Part shown: piece after piece, positions 36,037-48,855 of the stretch
Position numbering within the stretch: position 1 is the stretch's first letter
Layout: each line of letters begins with the position of its first letter
Source: Octopus sinensis
Taxonomy: Eukaryota
DNA: 64,000 bases
NCBI RefSeq assembly: GCF_006345805.1
Contig: NC_042997.1
Coordinates: 71,424,001-71,488,000 of the forward strand
Reading direction: 5' to 3'
The notes under the pieces: generated by a model
Database searches by the model: none
What the model saw: only the letters and a program-made list of their open reading frames with translations
What the model was told of the DNA's origin: nothing
Program-made: the position numbers and the translations under genes

Positions 36037-38503
36037 CTATTGTTGGGGTGCTTAGTGGAGTAATCTATAGTTACCTTGATACTTTGGTGGATGGAGTTAG
36101 CTACTTGTTGGATGCTTTCCATTACGTTCCTCTCAGTTTCTATTCTACCGTTACTAGAGTTGGTCCTAACTATGATATTAATGTCATCTACATATCTACT
36201 ATAGAGTTGTGGACTGTTCTGCTAACATTTGCTTAAATTTTCTGTCCCACCAGGTCATGAAGAGGCCGACCACATCTCCAGTTACACCGACACCGATGGC
36301 TGCACCTTGAACTTGCATGTATAGTTTTTTCTTATTAAACTTTACTATGTGGTTCTTCAATGTGGTTTTTACACTGGCCCCTATTGTATGTGCAATCATT
36401 TCTCTCACCTGATTGTTGTTCTCAGGGTTTTGGGTGGGTGCGGTCCAGCCACTCCAGCGCTCTGTGGTGCTTTTTTTCACTGCTGAAGTAATGGTGGGTG
36501 ATCTTCCCCTCTGTGACCCGGTGGGGGAGAATCTACTGAGGTCATGGTCATCTAAATAGTCATTGTCGTAGTTTAATCTGAGGAGGAAGCCCATTTCCCT
36601 CGTATTGACATTACAGAACTCCACTTCACTCTCACAGACTACCTGAATGCATTTCTTCACAGCAAAATCTATGTCTATAGATGGGTGGAGTGAAATCACA
36701 TCCATACTACACACTACACAACCTGTGAGGTAGTTGGAGTAGTTGCAAGTACTGATTTTTCTGAGGAGATCTTCCTTGCTCACACAGACATCTGGGGACA
36801 TCTCTATGAGAGGTCGTAATACATGTGAGAGGAAGTAGGACAGTCTATAGTTTCTAGAGATATTCGCTCCGCAAACTGGTATGGTTGTGGGCCCCATGAC
36901 AGGGTTTATGTAGGGTTTGTGGTCCTTGCGTAACACGTATAGTGTAGGGACATCATTGTTGGATGCTTGGAAATTGTGTGCCGTCCTTTTCATAGGTTGG
37001 AGTATGTTGCACCACATTCCCGTGTGTGCATTGAGGAGTTTTTTCCACTCTTTCATGTTCCTGTGGTGCAACTTCTCTCGTGCTACTGATGTGCTGTTGC
37101 ATGGTCTAAACATAGTTTTGTGGGCTGTCTATTGACAGTCTACCAGACCTGCCCATAGAGAGGCACACTAATTCTCTGTTCCTAATTCGCTGTTTCAGTT
37201 TTTGTAGGCCTTTGTCAACAGATGGACTGAGTTGATGGGTCCCCTCCTCACTATGTTTTAAAAATGATTTGTTGTATCAGTCTAAGATATGTCGGAGTCT
37301 ATTCTAGCTAAGGAGATCTTTGCTTCTGTTTTACTGTCAATTTGGGGTGGGATATATACCCTTTTGTTAAAGGGGAAGTCTGTTGGGTAGATCCTTGTCA
37401 TGTCATAAGATTTGTTATTAAGGTTGTAGAAGACAGAGTGTAGAGTGTTATTGTTGTTGTTGTTGGTGGTGGTGGTAGTGCTTGTGTCGTGCCTATTGTT
37501 GTTGCTGTTGTGGGTGGTTTTGATGTTGGTGGTGTTGTTGGTAGTGGTGTAGATGATGAGGTTGGTATGGATGTCCGTGTGTGGGATGTTGTTGTTACTG
37601 TTGCAAACATCATCGCTACTGTTGTTGTTGTTGTTGTTGTTACAATAGTTGTTTCTGTTTTGTATGCTTGTGTTGTTGTTGTTACAGTTTTCTGAGTAAG
37701 GAATGTTGTGGTTATCATTGTTGTTATTGTCATTGCCACTGTTGTAGTCATCAACACCAACACCGCTATTGTTATTGTTGTTGTTGTTGCTGTTTTGTTT
37801 TTGTATGTTGGTGTTGTATTGTCCTAACCTCCATCTTAATTTTAAGAACGTTTTTTCAATTTCAGGCAATCAATTTTTCTGACCTTTTTATATGTAGCGA
37901 ATTTTGGTGGTAACTCTAAAGCATGCATTTCATCTGTATCTAGCTGTACTGCACCATATATTCCAGAGGTGCACTTGTTGTTGTTGATGGTGGCTTGTCT
38001 TCTGATGTCCTGGCGTCGAAGTCCTTGGTAGTTTACATTCTGACATGACAATCCCATCGATATAGTTTGGGTATTTGTATTGAGTCTTACCATGCTGGGA
38101 TCATTGTTGTTGCTGTTTCATCCACTTGAGTTTATTGTGGAAGTGTTTGTTACAGGCATGGTTAACTCGGCGGTATTCTTGTTGGATGTTTGTCATGAAT
38201 CTGTCTCTTTCGTGTGGAGTAGTGGTGTTTTTTAATTCATGCAGCAGGACTCCCTTTTGTTTTTGGTTTTGGTTGATTTCTGTGTATATTTTCTTTTTGA
38301 TGTTTTCTAACGTCGTGTGTTTTAGTTTTCTTGCTTCATGTTCTGTTAGCTTGGAGAAAATGCATAAGTGAGAATTTTACCGGTGAGTGTGTTAAATTAT
38401 AAGGCACCAAAATAGAATGACTCACCCCAGACACAACTGAATATGCTTCAACACGAACTCACATAAAGAATCTTGCAAACCAAATCCCAAAACGAAATAT
38501 ATA

Positions 38504-38536
<33 letters not shown>

Positions 38537-38578
38537 TTCGTAAACTCTCCATATATATATATACATATGTATATATAC

Positions 38579-38609
<31 letters not shown>

Positions 38610-38645
38610 ATATATATATATATATATAATATATATATATATACA

Positions 38646-38691
<46 letters not shown>

Positions 38692-40032
38692 CATACATAC
38701 ATACATACATACATACCATACATACATACATACATACATACATACTACATACATATATATATATGAATGAATGAATGGTTCTGTAATTTGGTATATTATT
38801 CAGGAGAGGGATGTAGTCCACTAACATTCACCACTGACTTTTGAAATTGAATTTTCTATTAATTTTGTTTATTTATTTATTTATTTATCGTAGGGGAACT
38901 CGACTTGTTTATTTCATGTCCATCCATCTACTTTTATAGTTTGCTATAGCATTTAATCACCTTGAAGATGGTGTCAAGTGCAAGGGTAACAAATAGGGCA
39001 GTGGCAGGAAAAAATGTCAGAGTACCAGAGAGAGGGGGAGAGAGGGAGAGAGAGAGGGAGAGAGAGAGAGGGGGAGAGAGAGGGAGGGAGAGAGAAAGTG
39101 TGTGTGCGTGTGCGTACGTGTGTGTATGTGTGTGTGTGTGTGTGTGTATGAAAGAGAGAGACTGAAAGGTTATTTCTTTTGGTGGGAAATCCGTCTGCCA
39201 GATCGTAGGGTGAGTTACAATTGAACTTTTGGTTATGTTTTATTATGTGATTTTTTTTTGTACATGTTCCTGATGCTGATAATGATATCACAATTATTGA
39301 GAGATGAAGATTTAGTTCATTTTTAAAGCTCGACACAAAGACGAAATTAATACATGATTAATCATTATAGCTCATTGGATGGTTCTCATTAAATTACTGG
39401 TACTTTCTTTTTGTTAATGTCAGAGTATATAGAAAATTAATGTTAATGCTGGTACGATTTGAAATCAGAAATCTGATATACAGAGAATTAAACACTGCAA
39501 TCCACCTCTACTAAGTCGAAACCTTGTCTATGTTTTGAGGTATAACTGTCTAATTACATACGTGTGTGTGCGCGCGCGTGCGCACTCGTGAGTGTGTGCA
39601 GTTCTTCACGTGTATGCTTGCTTCTTTTTGGGTTTGTCTGTATTTGTACGTGTGTGTGTGCGCGTGTCTGTGTAGCAGTAAACAGTGTTATGTTTGGACT
39701 AATCCCAGTGTTGTCACACTGCCTATCGATATTAGTATATATCTCAAGGCTGCAAAACTTTTATCCACTGTAACCGATTTGGTTTTGTCTGTGTGTTTTT
39801 CTTTCTTTCTGTCTTTTATTTTCCTTCCCTTTGGCACCTTATGGAGGTAGGAACTTTGTCAAACAAATGTTGGCTTCGTTACTATAAAATACTTTCTGCT
39901 GTTATTTCTAAAAGCAGAGTTAGTGTTGGAGCAGTTGCAGTGACTTTGAAAAGGTCGATAAGTATGTGGGTGGCGGCGAAGTCAATGGTGGTGGGTAAAT
40001 GTGGTGGGTGAAGTCGATGAATAATACTGTAC

Positions 40033-40125
40033 CAAAGCATTCAAGTTCGTCTCCTTCGCTCAGTTTCAGACGTACGAATGTCAAGTAAGAAGCGATGATG
40101 GCACAGTAGATAAGAAGCATGTCAC
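40033..40125 (-). CDS. Candidate first coding exon with signal-peptide-like start
   Basis: Acceptor ttgttaacag|, ATG at 40120, MLLIYCAIIASYLTFVRLKLSEGDELECF plus 1 nt, donor TTTG|gtacag; unique sequence. No downstream exon identified. Confidence 0.35.
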
Positions 40126-42624
40126 CTGTTAACAACCAGTAAGGAAAAAGGATGCAAACATCAACACCTCAAACATGCACTAGTGACATGCTCATGTTAA
40201 AACATCCATCACAGACTTCCGTTCGAAAAACTGTACTCACTGCCTTTACTGCACCAAGCTTTTGTTCAACTAGATTCTTTCGTTTCCCTTCCTTTTTACC
40301 TCTTCTCCTTTTCCCTACATATCACCTCCCACTCAATCAGCCCCCTTCTTTACTCTATATTTATATTATTTTATAATGTTTTTCTTTCCAAATTCAGAAT
40401 ATAAACTCTATTAATTCAAAGTCAGTAGTATTCGTCTTACCATTTTTCACACACACACAAACTTTAGACAGAAACTGTTTCTATCAAATCTTTCAATGTT
40501 TACCTTAGATATTTCCTTAAAAGTATCGCTTTTCCACAACATTATTACACTCATCCGTGACTCTCATTATTGCAAATAAAACCCGCACTGTGTTTGGTAG
40601 CTTTGTGTGAGTATATCATATCACATCATTCACCTCCAGAATATAAAACTACTAATATCCTGAGCCAGTAAGGTAACATTTTTATGTCAACCTGTAAGAA
40701 ATGGCAGCCAAGCTCCCCATTTAAATCACATCCTTCTATCCTGAAACAAAATGAGAGAAAAACGTTTTGAACAATGTAATACTGAATATACAGAAAGAGG
40801 AGACGGTCATGGCCGGTATGCCTTTGACCAAATTCCATATGATTTTTGATTGTCCTGAAGATAAACAGCAGTAGTAACGACAACACGCAAAATCCTAGTA
40901 TCAAAAATAGAGTAACTTCAATTTCCCTGTTTCTCCAATTCATGTAAGTTTTCTTTAACATTTAATCTGCTGCTATTCCATTAAAGACATCATAAACATT
41001 GTGGTGTTAAGAGTGATACCGCTTTAGCTCAGCTTTCAAACAAAGACACAAAAACGTACGCGCGCGCGCACACACACACACACACACATATATGTATATA
41101 CAACGGGCTTGTTTTAGCTAAATCCAGTCACAAGGCTTTGGTCAACTCGGGGCTCTAGTATGGATTTGTAAAGAAGTCGTTATGTTAAACACTTTTCTTA
41201 TGTATTATTAGAAGCCTAAGCGAAATAAAATAAATTTAAATGGCACGTGAACTCGGCCAACTTCAAGACTACAGTTTTTTTAGGCTAGGCACACAGGGCC
41301 TACATTTTACAGGGGAGCAGATATTTTTTAATTGTGACTTAAATGCAATGGTTTGGCTTCAATCAGGAATTTCATTCGTGACTATTTCTACACTTGCTGA
41401 AAGCTAAATTTGCTGTACGCAACTCAACTCTGAATGTTAGTTATTACTATGTTTGTAATGAGGTTACACATCTAGAGTGGATGGAGGATGAGATTATGTG
41501 ATATTCACACTTTACTCGAAAACATGACTTAAATATGAAGAAAGATGGTCTTTATTAGATATTCGAAGATATTCATAAATATATCTTTATGTAGTGATGT
41601 GCATGTTTATGAGTGAGTGAGTGAGTGAGTGAGTGAGTGAGTGAGTGAGTGAGTGAGTGAGTGTGAGTGAGTGAGTGAGTGAGAGAGAGAGAAAGAGAGA
41701 CACAGAGAGAGCCTGACAAGATGGCTTGTCTGTTACAGGGTTACATAACATATAAGGCATGCCAAAATCTGAAGAAGCGAATATTACGGTGCAGCCTGTA
41801 ACCATGAAGAAGCGTAGGGTACACAGATAATGTTCAGCGACTTACAATGTAACCGCAGCCGACGAGGCAACAAACAATTATTTAATGAAGGGAAATTGTT
41901 TTTTAATGGCTATAGACAGCTTATGACTGTGATAATATTTTCGTTAGAGCAGAAGTTTAATCTAATGTTTACTTCGCAATCATGAGGTTCTGGGTTTGAG
42001 CTCACCTTGGGAAAGTGAATTTTAATCTTGTTTCAGACTAACCCAAGTCTTGTAAATGAAACTGGATAAATAGTTGCTGTGAAAGTAGGTCGGATGGTCT
42101 ATTTCAGTAATTTAAAGGTTAACCTTGTCTCAATATTTTGTTGATAATGTGGAATACACAGCCACTTTAGTTATAACCAACACCAGTTGTCAAGCAGTGG
42201 TGTGAGACAAATACACAAAAAAGCGCGCGCACCACACACACACACATATCACTTTCACCCTCCGCAAAAAATCCCAAGTTTTATTTAATTTGCTTTGCGG
42301 GAAGGACTGTTTCAACGAAGTCGCATCTTGTTCTCACCTTTACAACGCGGAGTAGACGGAATAGGGACAAGTGAAGAAGAGGAATATTCTTTATGTTGTA
42401 TGTCTCGTTTCCCTGTTTGTTTTTTTTTTTTCGTTGTTCGAAAAAAGTTCGTTTCTATGTTTTTGTTTTTATGTTTTCGTTTCTCATTGTGTTCAACGTT
42501 TTTTTTTTGTTGATGTTCTGTACCCATATATGCATGTATATATACATATATATGTAGGTATGTACATATATGTATGTATATATGCATATATTTATATATT
42601 ATTTATATATATATATATATATAT

Positions 42625-42775
42625 ATACAACGGGCTTTTTTAACCAAAGCCAGTCACAAGGCTTTGGTCAGCTCGGGGATATAGTAGAAGACAGTTGCCC
42701 AAGATACCACGCAGTGGGACTGAACTCGGAACCATGTGGTTTGGAAGCAAACTTCTTACCACACAGCCATGCCTG
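42625..42775 (-). mobile_element. SINE family A head region
   Basis: caacgggc..cacaaggctttggtc..gcccaagataccacgcagtgggactgaac..accacacagccatgcc; a further piece at 41100-41160. Confidence 0.75.
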
Positions 42776-43372
42776 CAGTAAGTCTGAAATATATTTAATT
42801 ATACGTCTTTTCGATCACGATTTGGTGTCGTTTAAAAACAATAAGAACATGGATGGCTTGGTTATTGAGGATTAGCAAAAGAGGATTTTGTAAATCTGGC
42901 AGCAAAACATTCTAAGTATGTTTGGCAGACAAATAACTGATCTATAGAATTTTTCAGACTGGCTCTCACAATTAAACAAGTATTTGTCAAAGAAACGGCC
43001 AACATAATGAGTGGGTGGCATTAAAAAAAATAATAACGCAAAAAAATATAAATAAAGTTTAAACAGAAATAATGCTTGGAACTATTCAGAACAAATTTTG
43101 AGGAATCTGGTGAGGACAATGCAAGTAGTGATGGTGATGATGGGGCTAGATTTAGTGGTGTTGGTGTTGGTGGAGGTGGTGGACAAATTTTATGTGGAGA
43201 AGGACAGAAAGGAAAATAAAAAGGCAACAATGAATGAAGGAGCAATGAATGAGAAGAATGATGGAAATAGTAAAGAGAGAAGAGGAGCACAAAGAAGAGA
43301 TGGGGGAGTGGATTATGAAACTGCTGACGATGAAGAAGAGTGGGGGGGTGGATGCGGGAGGATCAGGATGCG

Positions 43373-43968
43373 GGAGGAAGAGGAGAGGAGGAGGACGAGA
43401 AGAAGGAAGAGGAGAAGGAGGAGGAAGAAGAAGAGGAAGAAGAAGGGGAAGAAGAAGAAGAAGAAGCGGAAGAAGAAGAGGGGGAGGAAGAGGAAGAAGA
43501 AGCGGAAGAAGAAGAAGAAGAAGAAGCGGAAGAAGAAGAGGGGGAGGAAGAGGAAGAAGAAGCGGAAGAAAAAGAAGTAGAAGAAGAAGAAGAAGAAGAA
43601 GAAGCGGAGGAATAAGAAGTGGAAGAAGAAGAGGAGGAAGAAGAAGTGGAAGAAGAAGAGGAGGAGGAAGAAGAGAAGGGGAAGAAGAAGAAGAGGAGGA
43701 AGAAGAAGTGGAAGAAGAAGAGGAGAAGAAGAAGAGGAGGAAGAAGAGTGGAAGAAGAAGAATGGAAGAAGAAGAAGAGGAGGAAGAAGAAGTGGAAGAG
43801 AAGAGGAGGAAGAAGAAGTGAAAGAAGAAGAAGAAGAAGAAGAAGAGGAGGAAGAAGAAGTGGAAGAAGAAGAAGAAGAAAGAAGAGGAGGAAGAAGAAG
43901 TGAAGAAGAAGAGGAGGAAGAGAAGTGGAAGAAGAGAAGAAGAAGAAATGGAAGAAGAAGAAGTGGAA

Positions 43969-44038
<70 letters not shown>

Positions 44039-44401
44039 TGGAAGAAGAGAAGAAGAAGAAGGGAAGAAGAAGAAGAAGAAGAAGAAGAAGAAGAAGAAGA
44101 AAAGAGAGGAAGAAGAAGAAGAGAAGAAGAAGAAGAGGGAGGAAGAGGGGGAGGAAGAGGAAGAAGAGGAGGAGGAGGAGGAAGAAGAGTGGAAGAAGAA
44201 GAAGAGGAGGAAGAAGAAGTGGAAGAAGAAGAGGAGGAAGAAGAAGTGAAAGAAGAAGAAGAAGAAGAAGAAGAGGAGGAAGAAGAAGTGGAAGAAGAAG
44301 AAGAAGAAGAAGAAGAGGAGGAAGAAGAAGTGGAAGAAGAAGAGGAGGAAGAAGAAGTGGAAGAAGTGGAAGAAGAAGAAATGGAAGAAGAAGAAGTGGA
44401 A

Positions 44402-44474
<73 letters not shown>

Positions 44475-44503
44475 TGGAAGAAGAGGAAGAAGAAGAAGGG
44501 GAA

Positions 44504-44544
<41 letters not shown>

Positions 44545-44547
44545 AGA

Positions 44548-44583
<36 letters not shown>

Positions 44584-44647
44584 GGGGGAGGAAGAGGGGG
44601 AGGAAGAGGAAGAAGAGGAGGAGGAGGAGGAAGAGGAGGAAGAAGAG
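43373..44647. repeat. ~1.3-kb (GAA)n/(GAG)n polypurine compound satellite
   Basis: Almost pure G/A on the + strand with occasional GTG/GCG interruptions. Confidence 0.97.
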
Positions 44648-45119
44648 GACCAAGAAAATGTTCCGTATCATGAGATCTAGACCCTTTCATAACAATACAG
44701 CAACTCCGCCTCCTAATCCACATCGACTAGAGGTCGTTCAGTAAGTAATACCAGGGCGCCTGCTTCCAGCATGACCCCAAGCCACATGCATTTACACTGC
44801 CTATCAGTAGAAAATCCAAGAGAAGGAAGGTGAGAAAGAACCATTTACCTTATTGCTATAAAGGGGCAAGTGTTTCATCATTCCGCTGACTGGGTTTGTT
44901 TCAACATGCAGTTCTTTCAATAGTTTATTTTTTTTTACTAATGTTCCGTCTCAAGTCTTATTCTATTAATTTTGTTTTGTTTTTCTTTTTATGGCGTCGT
45001 ACATACTTTGAATGGTTTGGGTGATTTCTATGAGTGTTGGTCTGATATTTGTTGGCTTGATGAAATTATTCACAGTTATGTCTGTGTGATGTATATCATT
45101 CCTTAACTCTATGTTAGAA

Positions 45120-45470
45120 GATTTTATGGGATTTCCCCATAAAAGACTAACCATACTATTGAAGCAAGAAAACCAGGCATGATGGTAGAGTACTAAAACA
45201 ATACAGTACAAGGTCATACACTTTGTAATATCATATGATAACTAAGCGGATACCATAGAAATTGAGAAAGCTGAGTAATATAAAACCTTAATCTGACGAC
45301 TAAAATGACGATTACTCTTGTCCTAATTAGTGTACTTGGCACTACACTGAAGAAGTTGAAGGATACTGGAATTGAAACCAGAATTATCGACCTGCAGTAA
45401 AACACAATCCATTATCCTGCAAAAATCCTTAGAAAGATTCTTGAGGTTTGAGAAAACTTTTATTTCTAAA
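45120..45470 (+). mobile_element. Decayed R4/Dong-type LINE 3' fragment (REL endonuclease region)
   Basis: LWDFP.KT.HTIEARKPGMM..EIEKAE*YK..VLISVLGT..ILRKILEV*, homologous to 58380-58750. Confidence 0.6.
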
Positions 45471-45534
45471 CCTGGAGACAACATCCCTGCTCACTAACAC
45501 TACGTGTAATAGTTTTAATAAAACTAAGAAGAAT

Positions 45535-45735
45535 AATTCATTCTAATTTTGGCACAAGGCCAAAATTTTAAAAGGAAAGGCAAGTCGATTACAAGTTCTT
45601 GAATAATACTTATTTTATCGACTTCGAAAGCATGAAAGGCAAAGTTACCTTCGGCAGGATTTGAACTCAGAATGTAACGATGCGTAACTGCATACTGCAA
45701 AGAATTTATCTGATACCCTAGCGAGTCTACCAACG
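45535..45735 (-). mobile_element. tRNA-derived SINE (family B)
   Basis: tctaattttggcacaaggcc..ttttatcgac..gatttgaactcagaatgtaacg; followed by (GAA)n 45745-45875. Confidence 0.7.
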
Positions 45736-45845
45736 GAAAGAAGAAGTAGAAGAAGAAGAAGAAGAAGAAGAAGAAGAAGAAGAAGAAGAAGAAGAAGAAG
45801 AAGAAGAAGAAGAAGAAGAAGAAGAAGAAGAAGAAGAAGAAGAAG

Positions 45846-45876
<31 letters not shown>

Positions 45877-46095
45877 CATTTATGATAGGCCAATAGAAAC
45901 CAAAGCCAGACAAGGAGGGATGGAAATAGCGTTGCGAATGATAGTTAGATTGTTAGATATTTGAGGAATGGTGAAAGTGTTCAGCGTAAAACTATTTTGT
46001 CCGTAATGCCCTCAGCTTAAAATAAACAATATCACTAAAACCTTAACAATAACTACAATAACAACTTAGTCGCTGCAGTAACAGCAGCAGCAGCG

Positions 46096-46149
<54 letters not shown>

Positions 46150-46912
46150 CTTGTGGTGGTCGTGGTGGTCGTGATGGTGGCGACGGTAGCGGTGGTTGTG
46201 ATGGTGGGGGTGGAAACGATGGGGTGGCGTGGTGGGGTGGAGGGGATGGTAGAAGTGGGTGTGGGGTGTTGGTGACTGGGGCAACGATGGTGGAGGTAGT
46301 GGTGGTGCCATGTCAAAAACCAAAAATGAAACCAATAGCAACCAAACCCACCCCGCCTCCCCATCTACACCACACCCAAAATATCATCAAACTTATTTAC
46401 ATCATCTTCATCCTCAACCACTTAAATGTTGCATGACCATCACTACGATCAAGAACAACAACAACAGCAACAAAGAAATGATACGAACGAAAATGATAAG
46501 CAGCGAAAACGACTACAACAGAATATGCTGAAATCAAAAGAAATGTGAAAAACGGTTCATAATCCACAAAATTTTCATCATCGTCGTCGTCGTCATCATT
46601 ATTATCGCCACCATCATCACCGTCATCACCGTCATCATAATCATCATCATCATCACAATACTATTCATTGTGAATATGGCAACACAAGAACCAAAGAAAA
46701 AACATAGCAATGATTATTGATGATAATGACGACGACGACAACGACGACGATGATGACGGTGGTGGTTGTGGTGGTGGGGATGGTGGCGGCAGTGAGGAGG
46801 CGGGGGAGGAGGAGGATTACCATCTCAGACATCATAATAGCCTACATCTTTACCATCACTATCAACAAGAACTGAGCAGCAATAGCGGGCGGCAACAACC
46901 GTGAACAAATGA

Positions 46913-48081
46913 GGGATCTTTTCTATTTTGAGGCCAGTTTTTTCAAATTTTTCCTACTGAACCAAACAATTTGAAACTTCGTATACTGGTAGAATGTGTC
47001 AAAAGTAAACTTAATTGTAAACCAGAATGAAAACGGAATTGTAACTTCTAAGTTTAACGTTGTTTAATAATTAGAATTTTAACCAATGATATTCCGTCAT
47101 TCGGCTTTATTTTATTTACTCCGTCTCGACCACCAATTTCGTGACGTATTTAACATCTTAAATGTAAACAAGTCAGCCACCTTCTAATAACAATATTTAA
47201 AACTAGTTAATAAGCCACATGTATTAAATTGAAAATGTTTCCATTCTGTATGTCTGCATGTATGTGTGTGTGTATGTATGTGTAAGTATGTGTGTGTGTG
47301 TATGTATGCGTGTGTGTGTATGTATGTATAGCCGATTCATCGTAATCGTAATTACGATGAATTGGCCATACATACATAGATACATACACACACACACATA
47401 CATGCAGACATACATATACACATACACCGAGTAAAAATTTCAGTTATCTCTCTCTTTCACACATTACTCTCTCTGTCTCTTCACACACACTAACAGAAGC
47501 ACTTCACTTACACAACATACTGTCTCCCACACCCCATCAAACACACACACACACACACACATGTACATCAAGGCTTCCCCTAGACGGTAACTTCAAAGAC
47601 AAACTTCCCTCGTCATAAAATCGCTTCCTCTTAGTCTCTTTCGCTCTCATTACTTATGTAAAAAATAAAAGTTTTTTACGGAAATCGACGGAAAACTTGT
47701 GCTACGACAAGCGAAACTTCGCCGAAATTTAATATTAAAAAAGCAAAGAGCTGGCAGAAACGTTAGCACGCCGGGCGAAATGCGTAGCCGTATTTCGTCT
47801 GCCGTGTTTGTTTACAGTTTTCCGAACGTTAGTACGTCACAAAAGCGCTTTCTACGTCACACTAATAGAATGCAGTCAAGTTTTACACATGAAAACAAAC
47901 AATCTGATTGGTTAAAATTCGCAGTTTTAATCTACGATTAAAGTCATAAAATAGATTTTTCTCAAATAAACTAGTTCCAACCTGTGTCTTGTTTTGCTAG
48001 ACTCTATCAGCATACGAAGTTTCAGATTATTTAGTTAAGTAGAAAGATCTGTGGTCCTGGCTTCAGAATAGAAAAGATCCC
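46913..48081. mobile_element. Non-autonomous TIR element with long imperfect inverted ends
   Basis: GGGATCTTTTCTATTTTGAGGCCAG..aaacttcgtatactggtaga mirrors tctatcagcatacgaagttt..ctggcttcagaatagaaaagatCCC; aaatga directly flanks both ends; a partial SINE lies at 47748-47805. Confidence 0.7.
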
Positions 48082-48285
48082 AAATGAGGGATTCCTCATG
48101 GTCATTATCATCATCCTTTTCATCATCACTTTCAACATGGCCATCATCAATTCGATGGTGACGATGTGAAGGTAGATAGAAAAGCAAAACGAGAATGCTG
48201 CCAATGTCAGGATTGGTGATGATGATGAAGAGGAGGAGGAGGAGGAAGAGGAGGAGAAGGAGGATTATCATTATCGTCATCATCG

Positions 48286-48327
<42 letters not shown>

Positions 48328-48801
48328 CTACACCATAATAATCATCAACACAGGCACCACTAGCATCATTTTTATCACTACTGTAATCCTCTTCAACATC
48401 ATCATCTTTTACATTTTATTTCTACTCAAGGTTAGCGTTAATTGAACCTTGACACGACTATATCCGCTCCCAAATTACTGTCATCTCTCATTAATATTTA
48501 AAAAAAAAAAGGATACAGGAGAAGGAAAAACAAACAAAAAATGGATCAAGACAAATGTTAAAAGAAGTGGAAAAATTTGTTTTTGAAAAACAGAAAGAAA
48601 TCAAACAAGCGAGTAAAAGAGACTACGCAAAAAATGGGATGGCAATGAAGCCCTTACTTGCAGTCTATAGAAGAAACTGCAGTCAACATCAGTGGTTAAA
48701 TAAACACAACGGCTGTTCTAGTTCATGGTTCAACAAACCATCCAAACAAACCATGCAAATATTGCATGACTGCACTTAAAGCTTTCTCTCTTCTACGCTC
48801 A

Positions 48802-48855
<54 letters not shown>

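Larger units (their letters stand above)
33425..38500 (-). mobile_element. Decayed ~5-kb Penelope-like element: N-terminal region, RT, thumb, Cys linker, C-terminal GIY-YIG
   Basis: GRSGR (DKSGR-like), LYVLRKDHK..PTTIPVCGA, SMDVISLHPSID, QVQGAAIG, LYSRYVDD (shifted frame ~36184-36195), thumb ORF 35105..35497, WYKT/DKYQGVMFVEAT, CRTRNVV.SIRC..YIGETSRS, DPTLRQIRE. (AAC)n expansion in the N-terminal region; disrupted by two insertions. Confidence 0.9.

Noticed and set aside
39160-39215. Strong + strand donor AGG|GTGAGT after GA/GT repeats
   Set aside because: An isolated splice-like hexamer with no acceptor or coding support.
40626-40961. 111-aa minus ORF with a transmembrane-like segment
   Set aside because: The hydrophobic run follows from T-rich sequence; no recognisable domain or convincing splice structure.
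43152-44723. Long ORFs (523, 452, 257 and 251 aa) of poly-E/K/R/L/F
   Set aside because: They are by-products of the stop-free GAA/GAG satellite; no complexity or splice context.
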